IMG/VR virus record: IMGVR_UViG_3300034109_001012
DNA: 64,000 nt
Source of the DNA: a virus
Direction: 5' to 3' (one strand)
Of this stretch, positions 21,377-31,418 are shown piece after piece. A model generated the notes under the pieces. The model had not been told where the DNA came from. It saw only the letters and a list, made by a program, of their open reading frames with translations, and made no database searches. The position numbers and the translations under genes were made by a program. The first letter of the stretch is position 1. The number at the start of each line of letters is the position of its first letter.

Positions 21377-21554
21377 ATCTATTCCCCCTTCTTTTCAGTC
21401 TAGGGGTTTGTTTTGTTTTCCTGCGTTTTAATGGTTTGGAGGCATCACAACAGCATCCGGGTTTGGCAAAGTTAGCGAGTTTAGATTTCAGTATTCTCAA
21501 GTTGTTGCCTCCAAATTGAGCGAGTTTAAGGTATAGGGAAGGGAAGTCGATCAT
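21369..21554 (-). CDS. Small basic protein sharing an MIDFP N-terminus with the upstream ORF
   Basis: 61 aa; MIDFPSLYLKLAQF.. resembles MIDFPTLFPSLVKY.. of 21632..22879. Confidence 0.3.
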   Translation of the reverse strand: MIDFPSLYLKLAQFGGNNLRILKSKLANFAKPGCCCDASKPLKRRKTKQTPRLKRRGNRYA

Positions 21555-21631
21555 TTTGTTTTTGGGTTGGGAGAAATTAGTCTATTTAGATTTACGCCGT
21601 CTTAGTGTACTGTTTCCAAAGTTGGTTAGGG

Positions 21632-22879
21632 TTATTTTGGCGTTAAAGTCTTTTTTTTTGGCGTTAAAGATTTTATCTTTATTTTTACATCCCAGACGTT
21701 ACTATAATCTGTTTTATATTCAATCCCTTTGTTATCAAGAATTTTAGTAACACCCGCCAATCTTTCTGGCGTAGTATTAATCCCGTGTTGATGTATTGAT
21801 ACGCCCTCTATTTTGTTCTGTTTAACAAAGGATGAGATATCGGCTTTAAATGCCTTCCTTTTGGCTTTATTTTCTGCATTCTTTTTATCCCTTTCTTCCT
21901 GTCCAGGGAATCCGATCCAATTCCCATCAACATCGTAAGCAGTATCGCCAAATCTTTCAGGTTTCTTAACTTCAGCTATAGGTTTTGGTTCAGGTTTTGG
22001 TTTAGGTTCAGTTGCCGGAGGTAACTTCTCGGCTTTTTCCTTTGCATCCCTAGCGTCTCGTGCATTAACTTCTTCTTCTGCACCTTGTTTTGTCATCCCA
22101 TATTGAGCCTGTACTATTCCGACCTTGACTGCGTGTAATTGTTCGTTATTTAGATCCTTGTTTTTTAAGTCTACTGATTTAATCAAATCAGTCATTTCTA
22201 CTGCGCTATTTTCAGCTTGCTTGAGTGTTTCATCCATCTCTCGATAACCGTATTTAAACGTATGAAATCGCAAGCCATTAGGAATATGTGTTACTGCATA
22301 GCCATCTATCGTGTCTGTCTGTTTTCCTGTCCACTGTTCTGCTCTATAGTTAGGGTGAATAGCTAAATCACCCCTTGCCATAGCCTCTATCTTAGTTTCA
22401 CCCGTCCCAGTTTTTATCGTTATTTCTGACTTTTTAAAACCCTTTTTCTCTAATCTTTTTACCAACAATTCCGGTACGGGTTTCATTTTTGATTCAGTTT
22501 CAATGCCTTTGATCTCTATTTTGCCAGATTGTTCTTTAACTGGCTCTACCTTCTTATTCTGCCACCCCTTCACTCTCTCTCGTGCCTTATCCCTAAACCC
22601 TTGCTCACGGTTTTGTAAAGCCGTTCTACCCTTCTCTGTACGGCTTTTCTGACTCTTTTCTTTAGCTTCTTGATACTTCTGATAAGTCAGAGGTTGCTTG
22701 AGTTTATTACCTGTTTTTGGATGTGTCCAACACTTATTCCGACGTGGGATAAAAACACCTTTGTTGCCACACGGGTATCCCTCACCCCGCGCGAATTGTG
22801 CCATGCGAGGATAGAATTTTTCCATCCAATTGGGGATGTATTTAACAAGGCTCGGAAACAAAGTTGGAAAGTCAATCAT
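21632..22879 (-). CDS. Hypothetical structural-module protein
   Basis: 415-aa ORF, lysine-rich, C-terminal SLTPKKKTLTPK repeat. Confidence 0.45.
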   Translation of the reverse strand: MIDFPTLFPSLVKYIPNWMEKFYPRMAQFARGEGYPCGNKGVFIPRRNKCWTHPKTGNKLKQPLTYQKYQEAKEKSQKSRTEKGRTALQNREQGFRDKARERVKGWQNKKVEPVKEQSGKIEIKGIETESKMKPVPELLVKRLEKKGFKKSEITIKTGTGETKIEAMARGDLAIHPNYRAEQWTGKQTDTIDGYAVTHIPNGLRFHTFKYGYREMDETLKQAENSAVEMTDLIKSVDLKNKDLNNEQLHAVKVGIVQAQYGMTKQGAEEEVNARDARDAKEKAEKLPPATEPKPKPEPKPIAEVKKPERFGDTAYDVDGNWIGFPGQEERDKKNAENKAKRKAFKADISSFVKQNKIEGVSIHQHGINTTPERLAGVTKILDNKGIEYKTDYSNVWDVKIKIKSLTPKKKTLTPK

Positions 22880-22894
22880 TCTATCCTCGCACCT

Positions 22895-23287
22895 TTAAAC
22901 TAAAGTTTTAACCCGATCATTTTCAATCTTTAGAATCCCTTGTAATTCATTAAAAGGAATCACACCGCCCGAAGTTTCAAACTGAATCCCCCAATAAAGG
23001 GTATCAACTGTTAACGCATTAGTGTCTAACGGCCCTATATCAAATCGAGCCACAATCCTTTGACTATTACTAGCTTCAGTATCAACAACAATTTGAGTCG
23101 GGGTAGTCTTAATAATCTTAGATCGGGAATCATCTAAGTCGGGCAAAGCAATCAAATCTTTAGCTACGAATTTAAGTTTCCCACCCGTTAACCCCGTCCC
23201 TGTTACTGTAACAGTGACGGGGATTGTCCTCTGTCTTTCTAATATAAATCCATTTAACGGCGCTCTATCTACAAAAGCATTGATCAT
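22895..23287 (-). CDS. Hypothetical head/neck protein
   Basis: 130-aa ORF in the morphogenesis block. Confidence 0.4.
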   Translation of the reverse strand: MINAFVDRAPLNGFILERQRTIPVTVTVTGTGLTGGKLKFVAKDLIALPDLDDSRSKIIKTTPTQIVVDTEASNSQRIVARFDIGPLDTNALTVDTLYWGIQFETSGGVIPFNELQGILKIENDRVKTLV

Positions 23288-23302
23288 AATTAATTTTTCT
23301 TT

Positions 23303-23860
23303 TTAACTCCAATTAATTTTATCAGCTTGGCAGGGATTCTTTTGAGCAACAATTGTGGTTTGACGGGTATATGTTCCTGGGGTCAAAACTTTCAACTTAA
23401 CGCCGGGCAACTTCAAGGTTTGTGTTGGCATCATCGGGTTAACCATAGGAGGAGGTAAACCCGGGATGTTGAAATCTAATTGATAACCCGCTACATACTG
23501 TCTAAGGGTGTACAAAGCATTCCGGTAAAGGATGGCCCCAAATCCCATATCTCCCCCCATTTGTGGGTTTTGCATCTGTTGAAAATGCACCACAGCAAGG
23601 GAAGCGACCGTCAAATCCTCAACAATAGAACTAATAATCTGTAAGGCATCGCGGGCATTTGAAGGTATTGGCAACTCATAAACAAAGTTAAGAATTGAAT
23701 TTACCTGAGCCTCAATTTGACTGCCTTTTTGATCCAACAATTCCATGTCAACTTCCTTGGCCCCGAAGCTAGATCCAAAAGGAACCCCCGACGCATTTGT
23801 ACCGAGTTCAAGCCTCCCTCTTAATATTCGAGCTATCCGGTCAGGAGTTGTGTAAATCAT
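23303..23860 (-). CDS. Hypothetical head-tail connector-like protein
   Basis: 185-aa ORF just downstream of capsid genes; position only. Confidence 0.35.
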   Translation of the reverse strand: MIYTTPDRIARILRGRLELGTNASGVPFGSSFGAKEVDMELLDQKGSQIEAQVNSILNFVYELPIPSNARDALQIISSIVEDLTVASLAVVHFQQMQNPQMGGDMGFGAILYRNALYTLRQYVAGYQLDFNIPGLPPPMVNPMMPTQTLKLPGVKLKVLTPGTYTRQTTIVAQKNPCQADKINWS

Positions 23861-24324
23861 TGGATCACAATAGATTCTTTCAATTCATCCCAAGACTTAC
23901 CTCTAAGGGGGATTCTGGTATCCAAATCCTCAACAGAGGTAAAAGGTTGTTGATCCCGTGCTTTGTCAAGTTTGGTAGCGATCGCAGCACCAACACCCGG
24001 CAATTTAGAAAGCTCGTCAATTGTGGCTTTATTAACATCTGTTTTGGGTAAGACAGCACCAACAACAACGGTTTCAGTGGGGTAGGCTTTCGGAACTGTA
24101 CTCGGAGCCTCCACAGAGAAGGAGATGCTATTCTCAACTTTGACATCTGAATTATTGATGGTTGGAGTTAGCACGGGTTCTTTCACTTCATCCTGTTGGA
24201 CGATGTCAAGCCGTGCTAACACTTCCTCTGGCAATTCTCCAGGGTTGTAGATTCGAGGGTGATAGATATTCCCTCGATTGACCGCCATTTTAAGAAGTTT
24301 TACAGGTCTAGTGGTATCTATCAT
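23857..24324 (-). CDS. Helix-hairpin-helix (ComEA-like) domain protein
   Basis: ATIDELSKLPGVGAAIATKLDKARDQQPFTSVEDL HhH motif; overlaps neighbours by 4 nt. Confidence 0.5.
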   Translation of the reverse strand: MIDTTRPVKLLKMAVNRGNIYHPRIYNPGELPEEVLARLDIVQQDEVKEPVLTPTINNSDVKVENSISFSVEAPSTVPKAYPTETVVVGAVLPKTDVNKATIDELSKLPGVGAAIATKLDKARDQQPFTSVEDLDTRIPLRGKSWDELKESIVIQ

Positions 24325-25448
24325 GCGACTGTCCGACCTCCCAATAAGTCAGGCTGTGGGAAGAAAGGAACCATTTTGCCAACGCAGTAGGAACGGTCAC
24401 GGGCTGGGGATGTTTGTAATTGTTCGGTTTTGACAAACAGACCGGATCTCCCTTCATTTTCAATTGTGGGGCCGAACAATCGCTTACCCATGCCAGAGGT
24501 TAGGAAACAGTAAGAGTTATCGTTCAGATAACGCCCTTTCACTGTTTGACCGGGTGATGTTTCGATCTCGTATTGGGCATCGTAAATCTCTAATTGAGTT
24601 TTGGACATTGCCAACTGAGGTACGAGTTTCATCAAAATCTCAGGAGAAACGGCACTAGCCACCCCCGCAGCAGGGACATTAGACAGCATCCCAGTAGAGA
24701 GTGCCCGGTTGCGGGTCGATTCTTGGCGACTTAAATGGATCGCCAAACGATTGCTCATCACAATCTTGTCAGGGTAATATCCCTTCTTATCGTAGAAATT
24801 GAGCAAATGATCCTCAATATCTTGCAATCCCGTGGCTGTAGCGTACTGATCCCATCGGGCGGTTCCAGTTAAAGCGGTAGGGTACTGATCGGCTGTAGTG
24901 GCATAAGCTAATCTGGCAGTTACACCGGAGCGGGGGTCGGTATAGGAGACTTGACCAGACTGTAATACTTGCCAAGTCAGAACGTTTGCAAGTTTGACAA
25001 CTCTAGGCTGTAGACTGGCAACGGAACCAAACAGCATATCCACAAAAGTTTGCGACATATTGCCGGGCATCATCCGTTTAAATTTCAACATTTGCTCTTG
25101 TTTCTTTTCGTCCCAGTTATGGGCGATCGCCAGTTTAAAGAAGTCTCCATCAAACTTAATTAAGCTACCCGCGCCCGTTGAGACAACCTCACCATCGGTA
25201 GAAATCACAGAAGCGATTGCTAGGTTTTGTTTAACAAGATATGCCAACACATCAGGGTCATCGGAAAACTCAAGGGTGACAAAATCATCCATCAGTTTGT
25301 ATTGACTAAGAACCCCCGGATCGGGCTTTTTGCCCATCCGTTGCAGGAGGGATTCTTTATCAGGGTCAACCAGGAATTGAAAAGTATCTTCATACAAAAG
25401 TTGAACTTGTGCAGCCGATACAGTATTTAAGAAATCTGCAATGTACAT
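24321..25448 (-). CDS. Major capsid protein (lambda gpE-like family)
   Basis: 375 aa; C-terminal pattern YLNDNSY..LTSG..RLFGP......SPARD...VGKMVPFFPQPDLL parallels lambda gpE FLPDNTMVLG..RTYG..DPARE..SAPLMLLADPDEF. Confidence 0.7.
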   Translation of the reverse strand: MYIADFLNTVSAAQVQLLYEDTFQFLVDPDKESLLQRMGKKPDPGVLSQYKLMDDFVTLEFSDDPDVLAYLVKQNLAIASVISTDGEVVSTGAGSLIKFDGDFFKLAIAHNWDEKKQEQMLKFKRMMPGNMSQTFVDMLFGSVASLQPRVVKLANVLTWQVLQSGQVSYTDPRSGVTARLAYATTADQYPTALTGTARWDQYATATGLQDIEDHLLNFYDKKGYYPDKIVMSNRLAIHLSRQESTRNRALSTGMLSNVPAAGVASAVSPEILMKLVPQLAMSKTQLEIYDAQYEIETSPGQTVKGRYLNDNSYCFLTSGMGKRLFGPTIENEGRSGLFVKTEQLQTSPARDRSYCVGKMVPFFPQPDLLGGRTVA

Positions 25449-25464
25449 TAATCAAGTCCCTCCG

Positions 25465-26376
25465 TTAAGGAATAAAGGTTAGTTTTGGCAGTTGGGTTTG
25501 AATGTCACCGTCAATGTATGGCAGCGCATTACGGAAGACGACACCACCTGAGTACGGAGCGATAAACTGATCACCGTCATAGAGGGAGACAGTGGCATTT
25601 AAAACCCCTACAACAACATCCCCAATCGTACCGATCTTGGCTCCAATTGCCAGAGAAGCGTTACCACCTTGGGGGGTAATGGTTAGGGTTCCGATTGCCG
25701 TAGAAACATCAGCAACCGCAGTTCCCAAAGTGCCAGCAACACCCTGAGCTACCGTTACAGCCGTTGTGAAAATGATACCTTCTTGATCGGTAGTGAGAGT
25801 TAGAACACCGCCCGGAGTAGTCGCGCGGATTTCTTCTAAGGGAGAAGACCCAGATTGTGCTTTGGTGATAGCAGCCTTTAGACCATCAGCAACATTCTGG
25901 CTTGATGCAGCCGTAGCTGTGTAAGAAATGGGAACGCCGTTAATAGAAACAGTAAAAATATTGCCAACAGCAACCGAGGCAAATGTGACGGTCGTAACCT
26001 GTCTTTGATTCAAGGAATCAATACCCGTCACCGTCCCAAATATCGGAGCTGTAGCTGCACGAATAGCGGCTTCTTCTGTGTACCGTGTAGCCCCTGGTGC
26101 AGCGATATAACGCAGTACATCCCCGATTTTAAAGACTTGAGGGCATTCTACAATCACAACCGTTTCACCAGAAACATAGGGAGCAAGAATTTTGGATCTA
26201 CCCAATGGGCGATGACCGCCCGTAGATTTCTTGGCGAGAAAAACACCAGCAGGAACCGATTTAGATCCTGCAACAGATGGGATATCCGACTCCTCTAAGC
26301 AGCAAGAAAACGCGGCTTCGGTATTAGTATTTACCGCGATAATTGGAGGGTCTGAATAAAAACGGGTTACTTTCAT
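25465..26376 (-). CDS. Capsid accessory / decoration-like protein
   Basis: 303-aa Gly/Ala/Thr/Val-rich ORF directly upstream of the capsid gene (lambda D-E order); position only. Confidence 0.35.
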   Translation of the reverse strand: MKVTRFYSDPPIIAVNTNTEAAFSCCLEESDIPSVAGSKSVPAGVFLAKKSTGGHRPLGRSKILAPYVSGETVVIVECPQVFKIGDVLRYIAAPGATRYTEEAAIRAATAPIFGTVTGIDSLNQRQVTTVTFASVAVGNIFTVSINGVPISYTATAASSQNVADGLKAAITKAQSGSSPLEEIRATTPGGVLTLTTDQEGIIFTTAVTVAQGVAGTLGTAVADVSTAIGTLTITPQGGNASLAIGAKIGTIGDVVVGVLNATVSLYDGDQFIAPYSGGVVFRNALPYIDGDIQTQLPKLTFIP

Positions 26377-26385
26377 TTTTTCTCC

Positions 26386-27360
26386 TTAAACATATCCATT
26401 ACGGGTGCGGAATGACTGAATAGATTGCACATCTTCATGGGAGAAGTTGGTATCAATCGGGTCATTAGCCATTTGTCCAAATATTGCCATTGATGGGCGA
26501 TTAGAAGCCCAATATAAGCAATATTGAATTCGGTCTAATTGTTGACCAATGGGAACATCTAACTGAGCGCAAGCCTGGGAAAAACTGGCAACTCTGTCTT
26601 GACCTGTCTCGAAGTCACCAATCAAAAACCGACGATCTGCCGTTGTGATTTGTCCACTGGAAACGAGTTGATCACATTGGCGTTCTAAGGCTCTCAGGGT
26701 TTCACCAATGGCTTGCTGTTCCTTGAGTGCCTCAAATTCGGCACGGAGTCCGATGTCAGCGCTCATGGTGGCAACGGGTTCAGCATAGATGCCTTCACTC
26801 AGGGAGTAGGAGTCATCGGGAGATCCCCCTAACTCAGTAAAAGCATTCGCAGCTAGATTAATGAAATCGTTGTAATCTTGACCGCCTAACTGAAAAGCGT
26901 CTGCTAATTCGGCGGCGGTTTCGGGTTCGATTGCCAGCGTCCCATCAAACAGGCTAGAAATATCTCGCCCGTCTAATCCGGTGATTTCAGAGACAACAGC
27001 AACACCATCATTAACATTATCAAATCTTTGTTCAATCAAACCAGCTAAAGCCTGACCAAACCCTTGAGAAAATGAAGCCATAACCCCCATATTTTGGGAG
27101 TATTCTTCCATTTCTTCCTCATCTTCCATTCGAGATTCTTCTACATCAATACCAAAAATTTGATAAAGAGTAGAGGCAAAATCTTCAATTCCTTCAGCAA
27201 TTACATCATCCATTTCTTCTTCGCCCAAAACTTCCCCATCCTCTTGATCAAGGGCGGTTTGAGCTAATTCAAGAAATGCCGAAAAGGTTTCTGTTGAGTC
27301 GTGAACTTCCTCGAAAGTTGTTGACTCTAAGATTGCCTGAATTTGACTGAGTGAATCCAT
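26386..27360 (-). CDS. Acidic scaffolding-like protein
   Basis: 324 aa, strongly acidic (EEEMDDV, MEDEEEMEE); lies between protease-like and capsid genes. Confidence 0.45.
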   Translation of the reverse strand: MDSLSQIQAILESTTFEEVHDSTETFSAFLELAQTALDQEDGEVLGEEEMDDVIAEGIEDFASTLYQIFGIDVEESRMEDEEEMEEYSQNMGVMASFSQGFGQALAGLIEQRFDNVNDGVAVVSEITGLDGRDISSLFDGTLAIEPETAAELADAFQLGGQDYNDFINLAANAFTELGGSPDDSYSLSEGIYAEPVATMSADIGLRAEFEALKEQQAIGETLRALERQCDQLVSSGQITTADRRFLIGDFETGQDRVASFSQACAQLDVPIGQQLDRIQYCLYWASNRPSMAIFGQMANDPIDTNFSHEDVQSIQSFRTRNGYV

Positions 27361-27654
27361 CTATTTTCTCCTAACATTTTCAACTACTGTTTTACCATTT
27401 TTAGTTCTCCTTCGACGGGAAAACACCTTTCCTCCGTAATACCCCGCAGCGACGGCGGGGCTTGTAGCCATAAGTACGCCTTGAGCCAAAGGATTCTTTT
27501 TCATAAAATCTCTTTGTTTATGCCTAAACTCTTTATTGCGAGCATTTAGAGCATACCAAGTCCCATAACCCGCACCACCAACAGCCGCGGCGAGGGTTAA
27601 GGCATTAAAAGAAGCCTGTTGTTTATGTCTAATCACCCTCCGAATAACGATCAT
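27361..27654 (-). CDS. Small basic protein, paralogue 3 of a tandem triplet
   Basis: Starts MIVIRRVIRHKQQASF, ends RRRRTKNGKTVVENVRRK; ATGA overlap with the upstream paralogue. Confidence 0.5.
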   Translation of the reverse strand: MIVIRRVIRHKQQASFNALTLAAAVGGAGYGTWYALNARNKEFRHKQRDFMKKNPLAQGVLMATSPAVAAGYYGGKVFSRRRRTKNGKTVVENVRRK

Positions 27655-27944
27655 CTTCTAACGACCTCTGTAACGACTTTGCCGTTTTTGGTTCGCCTAG
27701 TTCGGGTATAAGCTACTTTCCCTGATCGGCGTTTCATCTTATTAGCTGTTGGCTGCATTATGGAAGCAAGAATATTGGGATCTCGGATATTTTTACCTTG
27801 GGATTTAGATAGAGCTAAATCTTTTTGTAGTGATTTCCGAGCATATTCCGCTTCTCTATTTACCTCACTAATTCGATTAAAAGGGTTAGGGAAACCAAAT
27901 GAAGCTTGTTGTTTTGATCTGACAACCCTCCGAACAATAATCAT
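27651..27944 (-). CDS. Small basic protein, paralogue 2
   Basis: Starts MIIVRRVVRSKQQASF, ends RTRRTKNGKVVTEVVRR; TAATG overlap upstream. Confidence 0.5.
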   Translation of the reverse strand: MIIVRRVVRSKQQASFGFPNPFNRISEVNREAEYARKSLQKDLALSKSQGKNIRDPNILASIMQPTANKMKRRSGKVAYTRTRRTKNGKVVTEVVRR

Positions 27945-28438
27945 TAGCGTCTCACTTGTTCAACAATCATTTTTCCAGTTTTACTACGACGACGACGGAG
28001 GAAGTAAGCACCAGCACCACCTACAGCCAACAAAGCACCTGCTCTTCCTGGGTTGGCTTTGATTAAGTCTGCTGCGCTATTCATCAATTCCCCACCTTTT
28101 CGCGCACCGAAACGAAGTCCACGCTCTGCGTAACCACCTAAGCCCCTGGCTCCTGATTTAGCCATACCATAACCACCAATAGCACCGCTTCTAGCTGTCC
28201 CATAAAAATCGTTTTTACCAACCCCAAGAACAGCATTTTTAGCCCGTCTCATGTCTCTTATTGCTTGATGCACTTTCTTGGGCGCGGCGGGAGCCACTCT
28301 TTGCTGAGGCTGTGCTGCTCCACCCATCCCATAAGGCATTGCAAACAAAGCCATTCCCGTTCCTTCATACCGATTATATTTGTCAACTTCCGCCATTGAA
28401 AACATAGCTACAGGCGGTTCGTATTGGTAAAAATTCAT
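27944..28438 (-). CDS. Gly-rich basic protein, paralogue 1 (shared C-terminal tail)
   Basis: Ends RRRRSKTGKMIVEQVRR like the two downstream ORFs. Confidence 0.5.
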   Translation of the reverse strand: MNFYQYEPPVAMFSMAEVDKYNRYEGTGMALFAMPYGMGGAAQPQQRVAPAAPKKVHQAIRDMRRAKNAVLGVGKNDFYGTARSGAIGGYGMAKSGARGLGGYAERGLRFGARKGGELMNSAADLIKANPGRAGALLAVGGAGAYFLRRRRSKTGKMIVEQVRR

Positions 28439-28476
28439 TTTTGTCTCCTTAAATACTTAGTGTGAAAATAACAAAA

Positions 28477-29367
28477 TTATCGGTTCTTTTTCCGTCGTCT
28501 TAACCCCGTATCACTAAAATTAGAAGTAGTGTTACTCAGGGAATAAGTGGCTTGCTGTTTAACTAATTCGTTGGCATAAGGGCTTGAATCATACGGAAGT
28601 TCAGGCTCTTGATTCGTTGATTGACTCAGATTATCAAGCCCAAAATATTGCTTAATTTCTGCCGTAAATTCGTCAATCGCAGTCGATAACAATTGCCCAG
28701 GACTAACAGCGATCAATTGTTCTGGAGATGCTTTTTGAATCCGTTGGATGGTTTGTAATAGGATTTCAAACTCCTCCAGTAGATCCTCTTTCTGTCGCTT
28801 AAACGTTCCCTGTTCCTCTTTGACCGAAGCAAAACTCAAGTCTTGAACAGTAGAAGACGCAGCGAAAAGCGCGGGGCCGTGGATGGCTGGGAAGGCAACG
28901 GCGGATACTTCTGCTAATCTTTCAAGTTTTAAATCAACACCCGGACTTAAAAGATTAATTAGTTTCGACTGAACTTCGTTAACCTTATTAAGAATTTTAG
29001 CCTTGGAAAATGCACCAAGTTTTCCGATTAAGTGTTGCATTTTTGGGTTGGGCAAATCCTCTTGGCGGATAACCCGACACTCGAAAGGACTAACAAAAAT
29101 CCCAAGTTTCTTGAGTTCACCGTCCGCCCCGATCAATTGCTTGCTATGATCGGACATGAGTGGAATTTCATAACCTTGAGACATTGCCGCGTTTGTCCTT
29201 TGTGCAATTCTCAAGATTCTCTCAGAGGGAAATTCATGCACAACCCCTTGGTTGTCTTTATGGGTTCCCTCAATCAAAACCAGAGCGTTTTTAATCAGCT
29301 CTCCGGTGGCATTATCCTCAGAAAACTGACACAATCCACCTATAGCGTCAAAGCAAGAAACACCCAT
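28477..29367 (-). CDS. Prohead protease-like protein
   Basis: First gene of the minus-strand head block; MSDHSK...LSPG....LAEVSAVAFPA pattern resembles Mu gpI / S78-type prohead proteases. Confidence 0.45.
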   Translation of the reverse strand: MGVSCFDAIGGLCQFSEDNATGELIKNALVLIEGTHKDNQGVVHEFPSERILRIAQRTNAAMSQGYEIPLMSDHSKQLIGADGELKKLGIFVSPFECRVIRQEDLPNPKMQHLIGKLGAFSKAKILNKVNEVQSKLINLLSPGVDLKLERLAEVSAVAFPAIHGPALFAASSTVQDLSFASVKEEQGTFKRQKEDLLEEFEILLQTIQRIQKASPEQLIAVSPGQLLSTAIDEFTAEIKQYFGLDNLSQSTNQEPELPYDSSPYANELVKQQATYSLSNTTSNFSDTGLRRRKKNR

Positions 29368-29383
29368 AGGGAAGGGGTAAATA

Positions 29384-29668
29384 ATGGGTCAATTACAATA
29401 CTATTCTGTTAACTCAAATTCTAGTAAAAAGTATCCCAATTCAGGATATTTAGACAGCATCGGATTAAGGTTAAAGAAACTAAGGGAAGATAGGAATATG
29501 ACTCAGCTTGAACTGGGGGAGTTACTTAACTACAGGCAACATTCTATAAGCAGAAAAGAATCCGGTGTATCACAAATATCAAGTATTGAGGTGGTCAATA
29601 TTTCCAGGGTTTTAAGTTTAACCACGTCTGAATTAATTTATTTATTATTGGGGGTCGATAATGGTTGA
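29384..29668 (+). CDS. XRE-family helix-turn-helix protein
   Basis: MTQLELGELLNYRQHSISRKESG HTH signature; overlaps the portal-like ORF start. Confidence 0.65.
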   Translation: MGQLQYYSVNSNSSKKYPNSGYLDSIGLRLKKLREDRNMTQLELGELLNYRQHSISRKESGVSQISSIEVVNISRVLSLTTSELIYLLLGVDNG

Positions 29669-31046
29669 AAAATTAAGTTACCTTCCGGGTCAAATATCAC
29701 CCAGTCTTGATAATTTAATCTGGGATTTTGTCTCTAGTTTGGACACTAGGGGAAAATACCCAATTAAAGATTTAGCTGCAATGCTCAAAGCTGATCCAAT
29801 ATCGGGCGCGGCTTTGACTGTTAAGGCATCAAGAGCAATCGCGTTAACCGGAATGTTTAAGCATGGCAATAATGAGGTTGCTAGTTTTCCCTCTGGCAAA
29901 TTTACTCCAGTTGAATTTATTAATTCCTGTTGGGAGTTGATGGATGGATCGCTGTCTGATGTGATCCTTCAGATGTCTAAACAAGCTTATGGCTTGGGTC
30001 GGAGCGTTGCTGAGATTGTGTTTAGTACGGAGATGGAGGGACACAAGGGAGAATTAAGGATTAAACGATTCAATATTTTAGAGCCTAGTCGGATTAAGTT
30101 TGCAGGGAAATCCGGTCAGATAGATCGGATAATTTATTCGTCAAGCAAGGGGGAGGTCGGGATTCCTTATTCTAAATGTTTGCACATCTCAAATACCCCA
30201 ATTGACAGCAACGATCCAAACGGCGACCCACAATCCGCGGCAGCCTATCCTTTTTGGGAATTTCATAAGTTGTTGATGCGGGAATGGTCTGTAGCTTGTC
30301 AACGGCAAGCGACAGGATTGACCATCGTACAGGTTCCGTCAACTGAACCGATCCCTATGATGGACGCGAACGGCAAGCCCATTCTTGATGAATATGGACA
30401 AACCAAAAACACATCGGCATTAGCTCAGGCTTTAGATCAATTAAAAGATTTAGCCAACGGGTCGATTGTTGGAACTGACAAAAACAACACCATCACCACG
30501 ATTCCACAAACCGGAGGAGAAGGGTTTTTTAATTTAACTTCTGAGAAATTAGATAAATATAGGTGGTTGGCTTATGGAATCCCCTATACAATCTTTAATG
30601 AAGGCACTGCTACACTCGGACAGGCTGGCTTGAACTCAGGGCATAGATTGATTTTAGATGGCTTAATTGAGGAAATAGCTAGGCAGTTTAGGGATAGATT
30701 AATTAATAATGTTTGTCGCCCTTTATTGATGTGGAATTTTGGAATACAAGATAATTATGGAACATTTGAATCAGAACAATTCTTAGATCCCGCACAGTCG
30801 GGAATGCGAGTTTCTAATATTATGACCTGTATTCAAACTGGATTATTTAATCCCACTGATTTAGAGGCGTTAAATCAACTCAGGAAAGATTTAGGATTAA
30901 GTCAAAGAAGACAGGAGGATTTCAACCAAGAATTAATCGAAAAAATTATGGCAGCAGAACAGCAAAAACAAGCGCAAGCACAAGCTGAATCGGCAACAGC
31001 GGAAAAAACAGAGGAGAAAACAGAGGAGGATAACCCGTATTTATAA
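29661..31046 (+). CDS. Portal-like protein
   Basis: 461 aa, size and acidic/Gln-rich C-terminal tail typical of portals; divergent from the head block; no motif verified. Confidence 0.45.
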   Translation: MVEKLSYLPGQISPSLDNLIWDFVSSLDTRGKYPIKDLAAMLKADPISGAALTVKASRAIALTGMFKHGNNEVASFPSGKFTPVEFINSCWELMDGSLSDVILQMSKQAYGLGRSVAEIVFSTEMEGHKGELRIKRFNILEPSRIKFAGKSGQIDRIIYSSSKGEVGIPYSKCLHISNTPIDSNDPNGDPQSAAAYPFWEFHKLLMREWSVACQRQATGLTIVQVPSTEPIPMMDANGKPILDEYGQTKNTSALAQALDQLKDLANGSIVGTDKNNTITTIPQTGGEGFFNLTSEKLDKYRWLAYGIPYTIFNEGTATLGQAGLNSGHRLILDGLIEEIARQFRDRLINNVCRPLLMWNFGIQDNYGTFESEQFLDPAQSGMRVSNIMTCIQTGLFNPTDLEALNQLRKDLGLSQRRQEDFNQELIEKIMAAEQQKQAQAQAESATAEKTEEKTEEDNPYL

Positions 31047-31418
31047 CTTTCCGGTGTAACCAATTTTAATCTCAATCTCAATTTTTCTGCTATCTGTAGA
31101 ATGGGGTGTTTGGGACACATTAATTTCCGATCTTGAATTGACAACCTGACTAGGGGAACCAGAAAAAGCACCCCAATCACACCCATTGATAGGCTCGGAT
31201 AATCTAACTAAGCTAACGTTATTTGATCCTACTTGAATAGGATTAAAAGCAAAAGCTCTAATCACTGAAGGAAACCCCGGAATAGACATATTTAATTGAA
31301 CAGCTACGGATTGACCTTGAGGCTTTGATTGTCTGGCTGATCCTTTTTGAATAGGGGATTGAGATTTAATAATATTTGCTAGAGTTTGACTTAAACCACT
31401 TTCTGTGACAATTTTCAT
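31041..31418 (-). CDS. Hypothetical protein (uncertain)
   Basis: Only ORF covering the 31047-31404 gap; overlaps both neighbours. Confidence 0.3.
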   Translation of the reverse strand: MKIVTESGLSQTLANIIKSQSPIQKGSARQSKPQGQSVAVQLNMSIPGFPSVIRAFAFNPIQVGSNNVSLVRLSEPINGCDWGAFSGSPSQVVNSRSEINVSQTPHSTDSRKIEIEIKIGYTGKL

